DNA of 64,000 bases. It comes from an uncultured bacterium (GTDB taxonomy: Bacteria > Oederibacteriota > JAAXVQ01 > JAUVAV01). Under the pieces are notes generated by a model, which was given only the letters and a program-made list of their open reading frames with translations, had not been told where the DNA came from and did no database searches. Location: assembly GCA_963710755.1 (NCBI GenBank), contig CAVQBK010000003.1, positions 768,001 to 832,000 of the forward strand, in the 5' to 3' direction. The translations under genes and the position numbers were made by a program. Below, one piece after another: positions 61,082 through 64,000 of the stretch (position 1 is its first letter; each line of letters begins with the position of its first letter).

Positions 61082-63406
61082 TTGATGATGGGGGAACCTA
61101 ATTGCTTAGGGCACCTTGGATGGACCAAGGAAATGAGCTCGGAGAGGAGTGCAACCTCAGTGCAAAATCAACACTTATACTCTGATCAATCCCGGCGTTT
61201 CCTGATAACCATGCTCCTGGGCGTCATATTGGGGAGCGGCGCTTTGGCTATAGTCAGTCAAGCGCACGCGGAAGAAACTGCAGACGGCGTGGGCTACGCC
61301 GCCGAAGATAGGGCCCGTCTGCTTGGCAGCACCCAAGACCAGTGGACTGCGCGTTTGTTGGATGTGCGCGTAGATCAGCATAATGGCCAGCCGGTGGTTA
61401 AACTTAAGACCACGGCCCGCGTGGCCAGCGCTATTAGTTATCTGAAAAACCCCGATCGTTTATTGATGAAGGTGCGTCATACCCTCTTGACCTGGAAACC
61501 GACTACCTTGCTGGTCCGCCATCCTCCGCTGGAGCGCATTCGCGCTGCCCAGCACGACGACGATGTCTGGGTGGTGCTGGACATGACCCGGCCGGCACGA
61601 TGGCATCGGCAGACCCAGGCCTATGGCTTGGTGTTAACTTTGGGACCGCAAGCAACCGGCCCCGCTCTGGACACAACCCGTCCTACAAACCAGACATTGA
61701 GAGGAAAAACCGTCCGCGCCGGGCAAGCGCAAGTTCGTTATCAGGTGGTGGATGTGGGCGTCGACAATTTGGGCGATAAGACCAAATTGATCATCACCAC
61801 TGATGGTCAGGCGCGTTACAAAGTAGAACGCCGGAAAAATGGCCAGGAAGTGGTAGTGACCCTGGTAGAAGCAGCCCTGGCCTGGCATGGCCGGATCAGT
61901 GGTCTACCTGCAGGGGCTATCCGCACCCTGCATACCCAGGCGCAGCCTAAAAATGGCATGGTGACCGTGGCCGTGGGTCTTACCCAGCCGGCCACCTATG
62001 TGGTTTACAAGGATCAAAACCAAGTTGTGCTCGAATTCAACAATCCCCAGGCTATTGCCCAGGAAGCACCACGGCAAGGCAACCTGAGGGCGTTGATCTC
62101 CGTGGATCTGGAAAACGCGCCTTTGGTCTCAGTACTGCGCGCCCTGGCCCAGGAAGTAAAGTTTGACTTGATCCTCTCTCCCGGTGTGCAACAGGTGAGC
62201 CGGGAGGAGTCGGCTCTTACTTTAAGTATTAACCAACAACCCTTTGAACAAGTACTGGATTTCATTTTGCGTCCCCGCAAGATGGCTTTTGCCGTCAACA
62301 ACAATACCCTGCGCATTGGGCTGGCAGGTGAATTCATGCCTGAGACTAAAATTTTTGTTCTCAAAAATATGGACGTCGCCAATGCCAACATTAAAGAATC
62401 CATTGAAACCGCTTTCACGGAAGGGGCCCGCGACAAAGTAGTGGTGGATAGCTATGGCAATCGCGTCATTGTATCCGCCATTCCCAGCGACCTGGTTCGG
62501 ATCAGCAAGATCATCGGTCATATGGACGTGCAACGTCGGTTGGTGTCGCAAACCTTCCTGCTCAATTACGTGGATGCTGCCAAGATCGCACCGTTGCTTA
62601 AATCCCAATTGTCTTCTCTGGGGGCAGTCAAGGAAAACAAGTCGGAAAATGCCTTGGTAGTCACCGATATTCCCGGCAACATGGAAAGCTTGAGGCGCAT
62701 CATCCGGAACTTGGATACCAAGGCGCAACAGGTCATGATTGAAGCACGTATTGTGGAGGTATCACACACCAACCAGCTCGACCTGGGGGTTGATTGGAAC
62801 GTGGCCAGTGCAGCCGGTGCCAATCCCAACTATACCGTAGCGTCTTCCCCTCAGCCGGTGGGGCAGGTGGGCAGCTTAACCATCGGGTCGCTGCAGTCAG
62901 GGGTGGATTTGAACGCCACCCTCTCGGCTATGGAAACCAAAGGCATGGTCAACACCATTTCCAATCCCAGGATCGCCACTATTAACAAGGAAGAAGCCAC
63001 CTTGAAAGCTAGTCAAAGTATTCCATACATTACCAGCGTGGTGAGCAATGGAGTTGTGAGCCAGATGGTGGACTATCTGGAATTGCCCATTGTCCTCAAG
63101 GTTACGCCCCAAGTCACCAAAGGCAATCAAGTGCTGCTCAATCCTCTGAGCCTGACTGTGACCACGCCTGTGGGCACGGGCAATCCGCCCACTACCACCA
63201 CCCGGTCAGCCAGCACCCAGATGCTGGTCCACGACGGGCAAACCATTGCCATCGGGGGCATGGTCAGAGATGATGAAATCACCACCGAGTCCAAGGTACC
63301 ACTCCTGGGGGATCTGCCGGTATTGGGCTTTTTATTCAAAAGCAATGTGACCAAGAAAAATAAGGTGGAATTGGTGGTGTTTTTAACCACCCATATTTTG
63401 GAATAA
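61082..63406 (+). CDS. pilQ: Type IV pilus secretin with AMIN domains
   Basis: QVMIEARIVE, LKVTPQ, GQTIAIGG, KVPLLGDLPVLGFLF, ELVVFLT; true start may be 61133 or 61160. Confidence 0.92.
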   Translation: MMMGEPNCLGHLGWTKEMSSERSATSVQNQHLYSDQSRRFLITMLLGVILGSGALAIVSQAHAEETADGVGYAAEDRARLLGSTQDQWTARLLDVRVDQHNGQPVVKLKTTARVASAISYLKNPDRLLMKVRHTLLTWKPTTLLVRHPPLERIRAAQHDDDVWVVLDMTRPARWHRQTQAYGLVLTLGPQATGPALDTTRPTNQTLRGKTVRAGQAQVRYQVVDVGVDNLGDKTKLIITTDGQARYKVERRKNGQEVVVTLVEAALAWHGRISGLPAGAIRTLHTQAQPKNGMVTVAVGLTQPATYVVYKDQNQVVLEFNNPQAIAQEAPRQGNLRALISVDLENAPLVSVLRALAQEVKFDLILSPGVQQVSREESALTLSINQQPFEQVLDFILRPRKMAFAVNNNTLRIGLAGEFMPETKIFVLKNMDVANANIKESIETAFTEGARDKVVVDSYGNRVIVSAIPSDLVRISKIIGHMDVQRRLVSQTFLLNYVDAAKIAPLLKSQLSSLGAVKENKSENALVVTDIPGNMESLRRIIRNLDTKAQQVMIEARIVEVSHTNQLDLGVDWNVASAAGANPNYTVASSPQPVGQVGSLTIGSLQSGVDLNATLSAMETKGMVNTISNPRIATINKEEATLKASQSIPYITSVVSNGVVSQMVDYLELPIVLKVTPQVTKGNQVLLNPLSLTVTTPVGTGNPPTTTTRSASTQMLVHDGQTIAIGGMVRDDEITTESKVPLLGDLPVLGFLFKSNVTKKNKVELVVFLTTHILE

Positions 63407-63485
63407 CCCTCCGTCGGCATCTGCTGCCCGGAACAGTCCTGGCGTCAGTGCAGGCCGAGCCCGACATGCGCTGGAGCCGATGGGA

Positions 63486-63514
63486 TTGACAGGGGTCGCG
63501 AGAAGTGCTATTCA
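63486..63514 (+). promoter_or_regulatory. Possible sigma70 promoter of aroC
   Basis: TTGACA-N17-TATTCA with TGn before the -10. Confidence 0.5.
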
Positions 63515-63651
63515 TGTTGGGGCAAGGGCTTGTCCCTTCCTACCTGGGTTGGCTATTCAAAGCGTTACAGCAACGAAGGGCCATCTGTACTAAACCTTGT
63601 TCCATTCTACTTCAACACAAATACCATCTTAATGAAAGAGGAATAATATCC

Positions 63652-64000
63652 ATGTTCAGACTGCTTACGGCTGGGGAATCCCATGGGCCGGCGTTATCGG
63701 TGATCATTGAAGGCCTGCCGGCAGGTCTGGCGTTTACAACAGACCGCATCAACCGGGAACTGGCGCGCCGTCAGGTGGGTTATGGCCGCGGCGGCCGGAT
63801 GAAGATCGAGACCGACCAGGTGGAGATCATGGCCGGCGTTCGTCACGGCGAGACCCTGGGATCGCCGGTGAGCCTCTTGATCCACAACCGTGACTGGAAA
63901 AATTGGACCGAGGTTATGGCAGTGGAAACCAAACCAGCTCCGGGCAAAGTGAGGCCTATCGTCAGACCCCGACCGGGGCATGCGGATTTGGTGGGCGTAC
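63652..64000 (+). CDS. aroC: Chorismate synthase (3' partial; absent from the ORF track)
   Basis: Manual translation: [25 protein letters not shown]...[12 protein letters not shown]...RPRPGHADL. Confidence 0.96.
   Translation, partial: MFRLLTAGESHGPALSVIIEGLPAGLAFTTDRINRELARRQVGYGRGGRMKIETDQVEIMAGVRHGETLGSPVSLLIHNRDWKNWTEVMAVETKPAPGKVRPIVRPRPGHADLVGV

Noticed and set aside
1-64000. CRISPR arrays, tRNA/rRNA genes, transposases, integrases, defence systems
   Set aside because: No spaced direct repeats, cloverleaf signatures or relevant protein motifs seen by eye

Overview
Chromosomal window of a diderm (LPS-producing) bacterium with moderate GC. It is almost entirely core genes on the + strand, and I found no tRNA, rRNA, CRISPR array, transposase or phage gene. 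Gene order: wecG-like GT (partial), sigma54 activator, sigma54 promoter, dnaK(1), degP, metK, three uncharacterised envelope genes, LPS cluster (msbA gmhB GT9 LysM/DUF3108 gmhA hldA hldC kdsB), an insert of CCG protein/rlmH/rubrerythrin, pyrG kdsA RNase H, PilZ, htpX, rsmB, hypothetical, mnmG, radical SAM, an anti-sigma/STAS-like pair, pcm, queC, glmM pdxJ glmS yjbQ, a secreted GH-like protein, lepA hemW, HU, DUF4912, GH57, hrcA grpE dnaK(2) dnaJ, a TolB-like lipoprotein, rsmE, aroE, pilT-like, pilin, pilMNOPQ, aroC (partial). Main candidates for novelty: (i) a duplicated DnaK under a perfect sigma54 promoter next to an atypical activator; (ii) an HU / histone-H1-tailed DUF4912 / branching-enzyme unit that may tether glycogen to the nucleoid; (iii) a PilT paralogue with degenerate catalytic motifs; (iv) a barrel-linker-FlgD-OmpA fusion with a TPR lipoprotein; (v) several structured intergenic leaders, including one before metK. 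All calls come from motif recognition by eye, with no database search. Many starts were moved from the ORF track to the RBS-supported codon.
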